This document shows positions 50,370 through 62,254 of a stretch of 64,000 nt of DNA, in pieces; within the stretch, counting starts at the first letter, position 1; each line of letters begins with the position of its first letter. This DNA comes from Calcarisporiella thermophila CBS 279.70 (Eukaryota > Fungi > Calcarisporiellomycota). Both the position numbers and the translations under genes were made by a program. A model generated the notes under the pieces. The model was not told the DNA's origin. It worked only from the letters and a program-made list of their open reading frames with translations, and did no database searches. The stretch spans positions 112,366 to 176,365 of the forward strand of contig NW_027192193.1 of NCBI RefSeq assembly GCF_041956535.1, in the 5' to 3' direction.

Positions 50370-50898
50370 CCAACGCCCTAAGTGAAATATATCGAAAAAC
50401 CTCATCGCCCTGTCTATTTGCATTAGAGCATTCTTTACATTCTCTTCTATCCGACGTCTGTTATATCTTTTGCTTTGTAATCCCTTGCCCTGTAAAGTTA
50501 TGAACTTAAATATCTTCATCCAAACCTCAAGTTCACCAACAATAGAAAGCCTGATTTATATGTGTATATCTTGTCCTAAGGAATAATTCATTGGAATAGA
50601 GTTAAATACTCTTCCATATCTGGCCGTGTATAGGGTGCTCGTTTTGAGCCACAAGAAACAAAGTTAAGAGGTTAACTTCTACAGTAGCACATTTACTTTT
50701 ATGGGATTCAAGAGATGATGTGGAAGTAGAACAGAGGTAAGCACACGATCATTTCAAATATTTATCTCTTCTTCTAACCTCTAGAACAGCCGATAATTTC
50801 TTTACACACTCCTTTACCGTCGCTTTGAAATATTTCGGTAAATATTACGCCGATTGTGAATAGCAGCTCATCTTGAAATTTAATCCCGCTAGCATAGG

Positions 50899-52329
50899 AT
50901 GTACATGCAAGATACAGAGAATGCCCCCGTTCCAGAGCAATCATCAGCCCAGGTCCATTGCTTGGACATACGACCATTGCCAACCCTGCCCTCCAGTGAC
51001 GCTTGCCAGGATCGAATCGATCCCTTGAAGGCCAGCAGCAAAAACTTACCTAAAGAAGACCCTGCTACAGCTTATCTCGACGAATATAGGATCACATATT
51101 TTCCACGAATTTCGATTGCCTTAACAACCCTTCTTCAAACACATTGCAGCTGGTTTGCAGGGATAGCTCTAATTCTACACTATGCGGTATCCGAGGAGGT
51201 ATTAATCATCGCTGGGCCATTGTGGACATGGGGATTTGATTATGATAGGGGGCTGGAGACGATTTTTGTTTGCTGCCTCGCAGAACTGATCAACGGGGAC
51301 TTGAAGTGGGTCTTGCGCCAACCGCGTCCTCTATGGGTTGCTCCGGCATCGGCCATAAGAAATACGTGTGGCGAATGGGAGGAGGACTACTCGACCCCGT
51401 CGAGTCATTCGATGTTGATAGCGACTATGACAACGATTGTAACTATGGAAATTCCAATTATATTTCAACAGGAACTAACCGTCTCATATTACACTCTTTT
51501 TTTTGGCTGAACTGCACACCAGACAGTAATTCAGTTTGGAGCGGGAGAAAAGCATGATTCTACCACACTCACCCTTCAAGCCATAGTCGTTACAGGAAAT
51601 GTTATTCTCACCCTACTTACTGGCCTTTCACGTGTTTATTTGGGGGTTCATTATCTCCACGACGTACTTTTTGGCTGGCTCGCAGGCTGTATTACGGCTA
51701 TAATCGGCCACTTGCTTTTCAACCATGCTCATCGCAGTAATGCCGAGCGCCTTGTAATAGGAATTATAGCACCTTGTATCTGCTTTGGATTATTGTTCAT
51801 TGTAAGGTGGGCATTACCAGCTGAGGAGTCTCGAGTGAGAGCGGAGTGGGAGCGAGTCGCGTTAGATAGACTAAGGGAGTATCGTAAAAGGGCAAAGCGA
51901 GTCGAGGCAATGCGCGACCCCAATACTTTTGACACGGAAACATGTGGACAAGTTAACTATCCTAGAGATATTAAGCACACCCTCCATCCTCGCAGTATAC
52001 GCCGCTATCTTCTCCCGTTCGGAATTACAACTGGCATAGCAATCGGTCGAGAAATTCTAAGGGATTTTTTACTTTCTGGTCGCCAATACGAAGAAAAATG
52101 CTCCAATCTTTCCCATGGACTACAGGTAGCAGTGGGTTTGACTGGGCTGTTAATTTTAATTGTTCCTGTGTGGAGTCTTTCCACGGCACTGAAATTCCGA
52201 AACCCAAATGCACTCTTCTATGTTGCGAAGGTGTTATGCTCCTTTGCAATAGCTCTATGGATTTCGTGTGTATCGCAAGCACTATTTTTAGTGGGGAGAG
52301 CCCGGTACTCTAATCAATGCATACACTAA
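50899..52329 (+). CDS. PAP2-superfamily multi-TM phosphatase (lipid phosphate/G6Pase-like)
   Basis: C1 KWVLRQPRP, C2 PSSH, C3 SRVYLGVHYLHD. An 84-nt in-frame intron (51439-51522, GTAACT...CAG) removes the TGA at 51508. Confidence 0.85.
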
Positions 52330-53370
52330 GCTATAATTAATTTTACTTTTCGGGCACTGATCGCACTCTGTAATGAGACGAGGTTTAATTGCTTACTACA
52401 ATAAATTAATATTACAAATAGAATTGGAAATATATATCTAAATTGGTCAATAGTTGACATACTAAATGTCGATCGCTACCCTATATTAATCAACGTAGGA
52501 GCCATAAAGTGAAAGAGCAATATACTATTAATACAGTTTTTATCAGGGTAAATATCAACCAGCTGCCATCCCTAGCTATCAAGGCGACTTTGTTTTCCTC
52601 AGATATTTTGGCTTTATATAGTTGCTAACCACAATGCTATTGACTTTCTCTACTACGTGTAATAAGTTAATCATGAAAACATCTTAGACAATAGTAAGTG
52701 AAAATCTCTAGAGAGAGTTGAGCTCGCGATCGAGCAAAATAAGCTCTAATTTTCGGTTTTTACTCTCCCAGTACATAATTTTTACGTCGACTTGATCACC
52801 TTTATCTGAAGGGAATGGAGTGTTAGACTTCTACGTCAAAATCACGCTAGTACTGCCCCTGACTTCCCCTTTTAGTATTAGGATTTCTCCTAAAGAATTT
52901 TATTACCTATTTTTGTATCCGCAAGATATTGCTTGCTTGCTGTCATAACATTGATAGCCATTGAGCCTGAGAAAAGCCCGGCACACTCTCATGGGCGGAA
53001 GTCGTCTGCGGGAATCGCACCTAGTGATTCGGCTCGGAGTCCCAAAAAATTAGGCTGTCTGAGGGCGACTTATATAGGTTTTGTGGCAGTTTTTATGACT
53101 GCTAAAATACTACTTTGCACTAGTATGACACTTTCTCTCTGTATGTTCATATATATTTGTCACAACGGGTTAGTAACCACATCTTCTCCAATACATATTG
53201 CCATAGCATTGCAAGAGCGAGATAACATAACTGTCTTGGACCAGATTAAACATCCATTGCAACCCCACATTGTTTACTTGCAACATCAATGCAACTCCAC
53301 TTATATAGCTTACGACTCTGTTTGTAAAGGTAGGTTCAACCAGACGCGCTGATTAAGGTAATATTCATTC

Positions 53371-54270
53371 ATGCAGACAGGCAGTACCACCCCACACACT
53401 TTCCGACCAGTGACCAAGAAGTCCCGCAAGTCAAGCCGGCCCAAGATCAACGCCAAAAAATCTCTGCAGTTGGACAGGCAGCAGGATCTCTCCCAATATG
53501 GGTCAGATATCAGGAGCGAGAAGCTAGCGAGGATTGAAGTACTTGCTCTGGAGGCAGATCAGCAGGTGGATACGGTTCCAGACCCGCAACATCTCGATTA
53601 TGATGAACTTGCTCAATTCGCTACTGATTTGGATTATACTCCCGTGGTGACTGATGATGAACCGGCCGTCTCGGCGGTTGAGATGCTGGCAGATGGAGCC
53701 ATAATGATTGACCCTTGGATTAAATACGACGATAGTTGGTGGTATAAAGGGCCTAAGCGGAGTACTTTTAAGACTAAGCAGCGGTATGAAGAACCGCGCT
53801 ACCCAATGCGCTGTCTGCACGCAGATGTAGCCATTAGCATTTTTGAGACATCCGGGAGGCTTGTTGCCATCCAAAGCATGGGTGAAGAGTGTAGACCTGT
53901 CTATGGCCATCCATGCTCACACGGGGTTTATCTCACCACGACTTCTTACCACGAAGTGGCATGGCCAGACGAAGCACTGGACAGTTTACATGCCGGAGAG
54001 CGGCGCCCATGGTTCGTCAAAGCCCACGGAGACCCGGATTGGGCCAATTTTTTTTCCCTCGCGGCTGCCCTGACCGGGACTTGCGCATACATGGTTGGCA
54101 GGGACCAGTGCTCCGACTGCGCATCCAGAGCCGCCAAGGAGTCGAACTGCGCCATTGTGGTTGATCCTCCACTTCCATACCCAATCCCCCGGTGGGTAGC
54201 CCGGTACACCAGACCAGAACAGGGTGTGTCAGCAGAGATGGTCGCATCCCAGATTGCCACGCAAGCATAG
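53371..54270 (+). CDS. Hypothetical intronless protein with C-terminal Cys/His cluster
   Basis: 299-aa ORF, GC-richer than its flanks; HPCSH and GRDQCSDC motifs. No family recognised. Confidence 0.65.
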   Translation: MQTGSTTPHTFRPVTKKSRKSSRPKINAKKSLQLDRQQDLSQYGSDIRSEKLARIEVLALEADQQVDTVPDPQHLDYDELAQFATDLDYTPVVTDDEPAVSAVEMLADGAIMIDPWIKYDDSWWYKGPKRSTFKTKQRYEEPRYPMRCLHADVAISIFETSGRLVAIQSMGEECRPVYGHPCSHGVYLTTTSYHEVAWPDEALDSLHAGERRPWFVKAHGDPDWANFFSLAAALTGTCAYMVGRDQCSDCASRAAKESNCAIVVDPPLPYPIPRWVARYTRPEQGVSAEMVASQIATQA

Positions 54271-55729
54271 GCAACACGCACCAGGTTAAGGCGGACCACC
54301 GTTGCCACCAAAATGTTGGTGCGGCTACTTGCACTTGGCGGATGGCAGGCTTGGTATGCTGCATTGTCGCCGTTACGCAGACTTTTCTTGCTGGCATCAT
54401 TATTGGCTGGTCGCCATAGGAGCAAACACAGACATCATATCGGTTCAGCGCCAGAAATGTGTGGACCACCACAGCCCAAGCGGATATATTTCCACACATG
54501 GTGGAATTGGCTGACTTCACCTGACCTAGAGGTGGCACTGCCAGCCTGTTATAAACCATCTTTTCGAGGCATTTTTTGTTGAAACGAATGCAACCATTTT
54601 TACCCTTGCTTATTGCGGCCACATGAATTTTCTATCGCATTTACTATCTTCTTATTCTCTTTTATATATAAGGTACCTTACTCAAAAATTTACAAAATAA
54701 GACGAGAATAAATTCTGCATCGACTGAAGCGATCGCAACCAACAAAGAGGAATCCTTAAATGGCATTTTTTTTTTTAAACTTTGGACCCTTTATTGAATA
54801 AGTCCTATGTAGTTAGGGATGGCGTAGAGTGCTACGCCTAAATCACACAGGTTTTGCTCCTGGCCTACTCTTGATATGTACAAGCAAAATAGTGGGGAAT
54901 ATTGGAAAACATTAAAACATCCGGTTAATAAGGAGTAAATATGTTCAAAGACTTTATCATCGGGGGAAAAAAGGGAGAAGGTAAGGATGTAGAGGGTTAT
55001 AGAAAGAAAGAGAGGAAAAAAGGAGACAGAATGGGAAGTGTTGTATAACGGTGTTGGCGAAGGGAGGGTAGAAGAGAATAGAGAGAGGGGTGTAGTGTGG
55101 AATTGGGAAAAGGGAATAACCTTGTTTTATAGTGAATGTGTGAGGCCATGTGTTATGCATTATGCGTTCGGATTTCCATTGGTCTCTGGGTATCTGTTGG
55201 ATCTACCGTGTCTGTCAGCCCGTCTCCTCCCATTGCCGCATAAAGTGAAATATAACAAAATTTTTGCGACTGTTTTGTGACCTTTTTTTTTATCAATGCC
55301 GAGTCTTTATTGTATAGGAAGACTCTAAAATACAATTGTTACATTATTATAAGCAATAAAGTGAAAGGGAAGCCAAAGTTAAAGCTTTATGTGATATCGT
55401 AGATCGAAATGATATGTTGGTCATATCGACTTTCAGCTCAAATAGGTAAGGGAATGGTGAAACTCAACTAACTGTGGATATCAAAGGATAGCATGAGAAG
55501 TGGGGTGGGGAGGAAACAAATGGAAGCAGAGGATAGGAAGGGGATAAGGTAGGGGTTACTGCGTTATCCCCGTATCAGTGCCGCTCCGATCGCTCCTTCT
55601 CTAACCGCACCCAGCTTGCACCATCTTCTTCGAAACTGTTCGATTTGCCGGTTTTGCGACTGTTTTGTGACTGTTAAATGATACCTGATACTGACGTGTC
55701 ATTTGCCTCTAGAATCAGAAATGAACTCA

Positions 55730-55800
55730 GCGTCAGTAGTTGACTGGTACAATATTTCCCTTCCAAGGAAAAGGACGGGGTTCGATTCCCCGCTGACGCA
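55730..55800 (+). tRNA. tRNA-Gly (TCC), intronless, 71 nt
   Basis: Acceptor stem GCGTCAG/CTGACGC plus A; D arm GTTG/CAAT; anticodon stem TTTCC/GGAAA with loop CT-TCC-AA; T arm CGGGG-TTCGATT-CCCCG; downstream T-run Pol III terminator at ~55808. Confidence 0.96.
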
Positions 55801-56043
55801 TAACTATATTTTTTGGTTTTTGGGTTTTATATATTGGACATGAAACACATTTGTTTTCCTTCCAAGCTCGCCGTTTGAGAAGAAGTCGGATATCTTTTTG
55901 GGAATGACAAAGGCAAGGGGGGTGTTAACAGTGAAAAATGGATTTTATTTTGTTTATATCACGAAGCCTAATCATAGGATTTACAATATTAATGCACATA
56001 GTACGGGTATATTTACAAATTATTAAATAAGAAGGAAAAGTGA

Positions 56044-57216
56044 CTAGAAACTGAGTAGGCTGATGATAAGGGGGCTATTGGTTAAACGTAAAAAGCACAC
56101 TTGCACCAGTACCTTCACTAAAATCCCAAACAGGGCGATGGCAGAGGTTGTAGCGTAAGTCGTGCACAGGAATACTATCCAGGAAATACAGAATAAATGC
56201 CAAGGAGTATAGTGACATTCTACGGAAGTATTACCTGCTAACGCCTCCACATTAGATGTGAAGACAAAAATGCTCACTAACCACGAGTATTCAAGCTCAT
56301 GGAACGACCAGATCACCATCAATATTAGTAGCATTTTTCCAAAGCTCGAGAGTATAAGAGTCATGGTAATATAGTTGTATCTAACGTAGATCAATCATCG
56401 AGAGTTACTCAGAATATTCCCCCCACGAGGATAGAATGGGTTAATTTTCATATACTTACTTGAGGATGGCATATCGGCTCCCCATGCATAACTTCACTGC
56501 AAATATTACACTCATTTGGTAGGCCAAAAATTCTATATAAAAAAATATTAAACATTTTATGCTATATCGTGATGAAATGGCATTGTATGCTTACCTACGG
56601 CGCATAACGTAAGAATATACACATATTGGTAGTATAGGGGTTGCTGCATGAATGCTAGTGCAAGATCTGAATTTGCATCGTTAGGATCGTCCTTCATTTT
56701 TTCCACGCGGAACCACTTGATATCTATTCAGGATCACAATTCTCAGAATTAAGGATAGCATCACTGCAAATAATGGCTAGAAATTTCAAAGAGAGTAGAT
56801 TGGTCATCGAAAAGGATACAGACATCGAACAGGACCAACAATACACCTAGTTTAAGCACGCTAGGCTACATTGAAAGCACATACATGGTGTTCAGTATTG
56901 AAATGAAAAAAAAAAATAAAGTGTTATGGCTTACATCCAGTCCCTGATCCCGATATTCTAAACGATTAAAGAGTAGATGCCGGTACACCTGTGGTTTATG
57001 AAGCAACATGTCAATAAACACGATCACAAAGTCGTGCTCCACGTATTTATCAGCGAATTTGTTGCAATTAGACTAGGTAGAGATGAATTGGATGAGCAGA
57101 TGTGGAATCAGAGTAGTTATCAGTCGACCTACACATTGGGTCAAACGAATGTTTCCTTTACTATATTCTGTGTATAAATTGGTCACAGCCGTTCCACATT
57201 CTACACACACAGGCAT
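56044..57216 (-). CDS. ARV1: Arv1 sterol homeostasis/GPI biosynthesis protein
   Basis: MPVCVECG...LYTEYSKGNIRLTQC..CNKFADKYVEHDFVIVFIDMLLHKPQVYRHLLFN; LFDVYIKW; LILSSFGKMLLILMVIW. About 6 introns. Confidence 0.95.
56724..56819 (-). other. U12-type (minor spliceosome) GT-AG intron in ARV1
   Basis: 5' site GTATCCTTT; branch-like TATCCTTAAT ~25 nt before the AG; splicing restores LFDVYIKW. Confidence 0.88.
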
Positions 57217-57457
57217 GGTTGTCTAAAATCTCGCTCAGTTTCTCTCGCACCTCTGGCCACCGACCCATCTTTGGCTCCAATTCGATGAGCAGCTGTGCCA
57301 CACGAATTGTTTATTGTGACTCGGGGCTCGAGTGCAGTAGTTAATGCATGCGAGCCTATCTTTTCTTTAAGTAACCGTTTATATCAGTGTATACCCTTTC
57401 CTTTTGTTTTAATTCCATTCATTTCCATTTTTCATATTTATTCATTTCTATCCAAAA

Positions 57458-59565
57458 ATGAAGACGAGAAGCGGTGCCACAAATACTCCCAAAACGCGTT
57501 CCACTTCTCGGTCTCGCGCGACGACGCCGGTTCCCACCCCTCTTCCAGCCCCTTCCGTGGAGCTCACTCCCTCGCGCCGTGGCACGCCCTCTAGAGCGGC
57601 GAGTTCCCGAGCCGCCGCCAAAATTTCCGCCACGCTACGGCCACGGCTTACGCGTCAGTCAAAATCGACCCTTCAGCTGGTCGACAATGAACGCGAGGGT
57701 GACGTGAGGCAGGAATACTACACACCTCATTCTGACGTGTCACGGGAGAGCTCACCTGCTTCCACCGAAAGCGCTAGTTTAACCCTTGGAGGAAGTGTAG
57801 CAATCTCTGAGAAAGAGCAAGAGAAGAAAGAAGCAAGGAGGCGAGAAGGCTCACCAGCGTCAACCATAAGCGAGTGTTCCACCTTTGGGAGCTGGAGAGA
57901 AGAAAATTTGGATGATACACGAGCAACAGTTGAAGCAGTGCGCAAAACAGTAGATGGGAAGAGGGGCAGCAAAAAACGCGGGGCAGTTCTGTTGGAGCTT
58001 GAAGTAGAGGAAGAGGAAGCGAAAGCACATAACCTCATGGAAAGTGTGGCTCCAGTTAATCGCCACGCGTCTGGAGGTCCAAAAGAGAATGGTGCTAGGT
58101 CACAGCGCAACAGGGAGAAGGGAAATTCGAGGAGAATACATAGTGAGAAGCTGATAGAGGATTATTTGGAAGAGCAGAGTAGAACGATCGGAATAAATCC
58201 GTCTGAACCAGAAAAGGATATTGTTGAGGGGGATACCAATGAAACGTTGGAAGGCGCACCCATGGATGAAGAAGAAGTAAAGCAGCCTATCGATGAAGAC
58301 AAAGATTTATCGAGGCCACACACGACTGAAAAGGTGAAGTCTGGTGAAAGGAGGACAGCTTCTTTGGCCAGCTCAAGAGTGAGAGAAACGAATACAGAGA
58401 CGGATTTGGGAAGTAATGACCAAGCCAAGCATCAGTATGTAGAAAGGAGCGACGCGAGTAAAAATAGTGAAGAAGGAGAAAGTGGTGATAGTGAAAGTGG
58501 GGAGGAGGACGGTAGCGACGATGAAAGTGAAGGGGAAGAAAGCAATAGCAGTGAAGATGAAGACGAACTGATAAGCGATTCCAAAGATGAGATTGAGGAG
58601 GTTAGTGATATCCCTGAGGCAGAAAACAAGGTGGGCAACAGAGTAGGGGAGAGCAGCGAGAGTGAAGATGACGAGGACCTAGAGAATATGGAGAATCTAC
58701 TGAATATGGCGGAGGCTGCGTTAAGGAAGCAGCAAGAGGAGCTGCTTCGACTGCCTGCAGAAGAGGACTCGAAACAGAAAAGGTTAGCTATTGAAACCAT
58801 TACATAATGCCATCGTGGGTTGGGGATAATAATTTAGTATTGATTTAGCTTCCCGAAGCTGGAGCCGGGGATAGAGATTAAATCGCAGCTCTATATCCAG
58901 CGGGGTAGCCATGGAGCCGCAAAACTCGCTAGTTCTACTCTAGTAGCGAGTGAGATAGACAAAAGCAGGGGTCCCAGAAAGGTATTAGGCCAAATATCTT
59001 TGCCAACAGAGCGTGGTGATAACAAATTGTCGAAAAAAGAGAGAAAAGAGGTAAACTTTGGGTTCTGAATTGAGGGGAGGGAGGGGGAGGAAGCATATTA
59101 AGAATGTTCTTGATTTGAAATAGCTGCGAGACTCTACAGCAGGGGCGGGGTGGTTTGATATGCCCAAGCCGGAGCTAACTCCAGAGCTCAAACGAGAGCT
59201 TCAGGTGCTAAAGCTGAGGAATGTCCTTGATCCCAAGAGGCACTACAAGAAGGCCGACAAAACAAGTCCGGCCTATTTCCAGGTAAGGTGAACCGAGTCG
59301 CCATGCTCCCACGTCACATTATTGACCTTGAAGCTCTCGTTAGGTCGGCACGGTGATCGAGGGCTCGGCCGAATTCTACTCGTCTAGACTGACTCGTAAG
59401 GAGCGTAAACGCACCATCCTCGAGGAAGTCATGGGTGACACTGAGATGCGTCACTATTACAAGAGGAAGTTCAGGGAGGTACAAGAATCCTCGCAAAGCG
59501 GGGGAAAGAAGGCGCAGCGGCAGCGCAAGCAGGACTCTAAGCCCGTGTGGAAGAAGACGTTCTAG
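57458..59565 (+). CDS. FCF2: Fcf2/DNTTIP2 pre-rRNA processing protein
   Basis: Long acidic disordered N-terminus; [39 protein letters not shown]...[31 protein letters not shown]. Confidence 0.94.
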
Positions 59566-60147
59566 ACAAGCGTCGCCGAGAGTGCTATGTACTTGTAGAT
59601 ATCATACCCAACGAAAAATAAAGACCATCCCCAAGGGAGTTTGAATACGAAAACAGGCTAAGTTTAGCAAACGAGCTAGATGTGTACCACCCAAATTAAT
59701 TAATTCAATTAGCCAGAGTACAAAGTGGCAGATCATCTTGCCGTCGCAAGTTTCTTTTTATAAATTTTTCCCAGGGGCCCGTTCTAAGTGGGCGCAGAAA
59801 CGCACACTCTTATTCAGCTTCCCTCTTCCTCTGACTCTTTCCAACCCTTTTGATTTTCCCCTCTCCTCCCTGCATTTGTCGCGCGTGCAAGTACCACGCC
59901 CTAGAGCCGCTACCCAATACATCTATCTCTTCTAATATTAAGGTTATTCTTTGCTGTGAGATTACTGGCCTTGTAGAGGATATCCTATTCTTCGCCTATT
60001 CCTTTCTTGTTTCACGACTGGCGTTGACAGGTCTTTTTAAAACACTCAGACCAAGACATCTCTTTCGCATAGTTATTACAGATTCTATAGCTCGCGCTAT
60101 TTATTAACTCTCTGTCGTGTTGATTTGACTCTCATCACTCGTCTGTA

Positions 60148-62134
60148 ATGCCTCTTCATCTTGCAAGCTACTCCCTCATCTCTTCTCGCCTGGTGACACG
60201 ATCTGTACCACGTGGTCAACGCTTCCTGGTTTCGCCGAACTATCTTTTGATAAGAGCATTCAGTAGCCAACCCTCTAATTCGAGCGAGCCGTCTGTGATT
60301 CCTATGCCGGGTACTCGCCCCAAACATAATCCCAACTCTACCACTGAACCAGGACGGCATTCGTCTGCAGGCCTAAGCTCGGCAACCCTCGATGATAATT
60401 TGCTCGGACCTCCGCCGTTGGCGCCCGAACTTCCTCTTCCAGAGCAATTCCCGACCACCCATGGGTCGGTCCTCGATGCGATCAAGGATTCAAACAATCG
60501 CGCGGATTTAAAGAGCCGGAGTATGGCTGAGATCTTGAACGCGTATTTTGTTTACCAGCTGTGCTCTATTCAAACGTTTGTCGAGATGACGCCCAGACTC
60601 CTGCGTTTTGCGGAGCGTGTGGGATTGAGTCCACTGGCATATTGGTTTATCAAGAGGACCTTTTTCAAGCATTTTTGCGGGTAAATTTCATCTAGTGTGC
60701 AGAGTTTTCCGCCTCCAGCTCTCCAAAGCTAACCTTTTCTCTTCACCTATGTCGTTGTCGATATGATGCAGGGGGGAGAATGCCGAACAGTCCGTGGAAA
60801 CGATGAGGAAATTCATGCGGTCCGGCATTGGTTGCATCCTCGATAACTCAATAGAGTCGGATATTGGAGGAGACTTCAAGGCTGACGAGGATACGCGTAG
60901 CAAGTGGAACAGCATATGCGATTGGGTTGCCGACGAAAAGCGGAAGTGCATTCGCACGGCAAGCGAAACCCCCGACAATTTCGTGGCCCTCAAGATAACG
61001 GCCCTCTCCTCTCCAGATGTGCTGCTTAGCTTGTCGTCGGCTCTCCACCAGCTCCACTCCGAGTTTCTTCGATTGTCGGCAGAGGATGGCGCCCTTGGAC
61101 TCGAGGCCTACCGCAAGATGTTTAGCGAAATGGGCGGCGACGACGCATCGCTTCGCGAACTTGCTGAGCGCCTTTTCGCCTCGGCCGACGGGGACCGAGA
61201 CGGGAGGATCGACTGGGTGGAGTTTTCCAAGAGCGTGTCGCTCTCGAACCCCTTGGCTCACCCCCTCTACCTTGCTCAGCCACAGATCACGCGGGAGGAC
61301 CTCAAGGACTACGGTTTGATGGTCCGCCGAGTCACGGAGCTCTGTGACTTTGCGCGGACCTCCGGGGTTCGAGTGATGGTGGATGCCGAGCAAAGCTACT
61401 TCCAAGATCTCATCGACGATCTTGTGCTTAGCCTTGCGCCCAGGTACAATCGCACCAGCAAGCCCATCCTCTTCAACACGTACCAAATGTATCTTCGTAA
61501 GGGGCTTGCGAAGCTCAAGGCGCACTATGAGTTCGCCAAGCGGTCAGACTATGTGTTCGCAGGAAAGTTGGTGCGAGGGGCGTACGTCTCGCTGGAGAGG
61601 AGACGGGCCAAGAGCCTGGGCCTGCCCGACCCCATCCAGCCCAACATCGAGGCCACCCATGCCTCTTATGATGCCGGGGTGGAATTCCTGCTCAACGAGC
61701 TGGGGAGGGCCCGCGTACACGGCAAAGTGCCCGCGGTGTTGATGGTCGCATCGCACAATCAGAGCTCGGTCCTCCGGGCGCTTGAGGGCCTACAGCGGAA
61801 CCAGGTTGCACCCGATTCAGGGCTGGTGTTCTTTGGGCAACTCATGGGCATGTCGGATCAGATGTCGTATTCGCTGGGAAGAATGGGGTACAGCATTTTC
61901 AAAGTGGTGGTGAGTATCCTACCTGAGATTGATGTTCAGAAGTTTGCCTTGGCTTGACTAACGATGTCTATGGAACTCTGTATTTAGCCCTACGGTCGAC
62001 TCACGGATGTCATCCCGTACCTGCTTCGTCGGCTAGAGGAGAATTCGTCGGCCCTTGCTCCAGCGGCCATAGAGCGTAAGCGATTGGGCAAAGAAATCGT
62101 CTCTCGTTTGATGCCTTTCCAGGCGACCCCTTGA
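60148..62134 (+). CDS. PUT1: Mitochondrial proline dehydrogenase family enzyme (PRODH/Put1) with EF-hand insert
   Basis: Presequence-like N-terminus; TFFKHFCG|GE; ALKITAL; MVDAEQSYFQ; NTYQMYL; KLVRGAY; ASHN; GQLMGM; KVV|PYG...PYLLRRLEEN. Two introns. Confidence 0.92.
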
Positions 62135-62229
62135 CTCTGCTCTTCAAGGTGAGGTATAGGACGGTGAGATTGCCCCGGATTATGTATTTACTATGAGTTG
62201 ATGACATATGTATGTGCGAGTGTGCTATG

Positions 62230-62254
62230 TATATATATATATATATATATATAT
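62230..62254. repeat. (TA)n microsatellite
   Basis: About 12 TA units in the PRODH 3' UTR. Confidence 0.9.

Noticed and set aside
51508-51510. Single in-frame TGA inside the PAP2 gene as possible selenocysteine or readthrough
   Set aside because: An 84-nt GTAACT...CAG intron (51439-51522) removes it and gives a normal ~45-aa C2-C3 spacing; no SECIS was recognised.
52710-52790. GAGTTGAGCTC (P6.1-like) and a local hairpin
   Set aside because: Short motif in AT-rich intergenic DNA with no supporting template or other conserved domains.
55038-55090. GTGTTGTAT start resembling U6atac
   Set aside because: Lacks the AAGGAGA box and the GGTTAGC catalytic segment.
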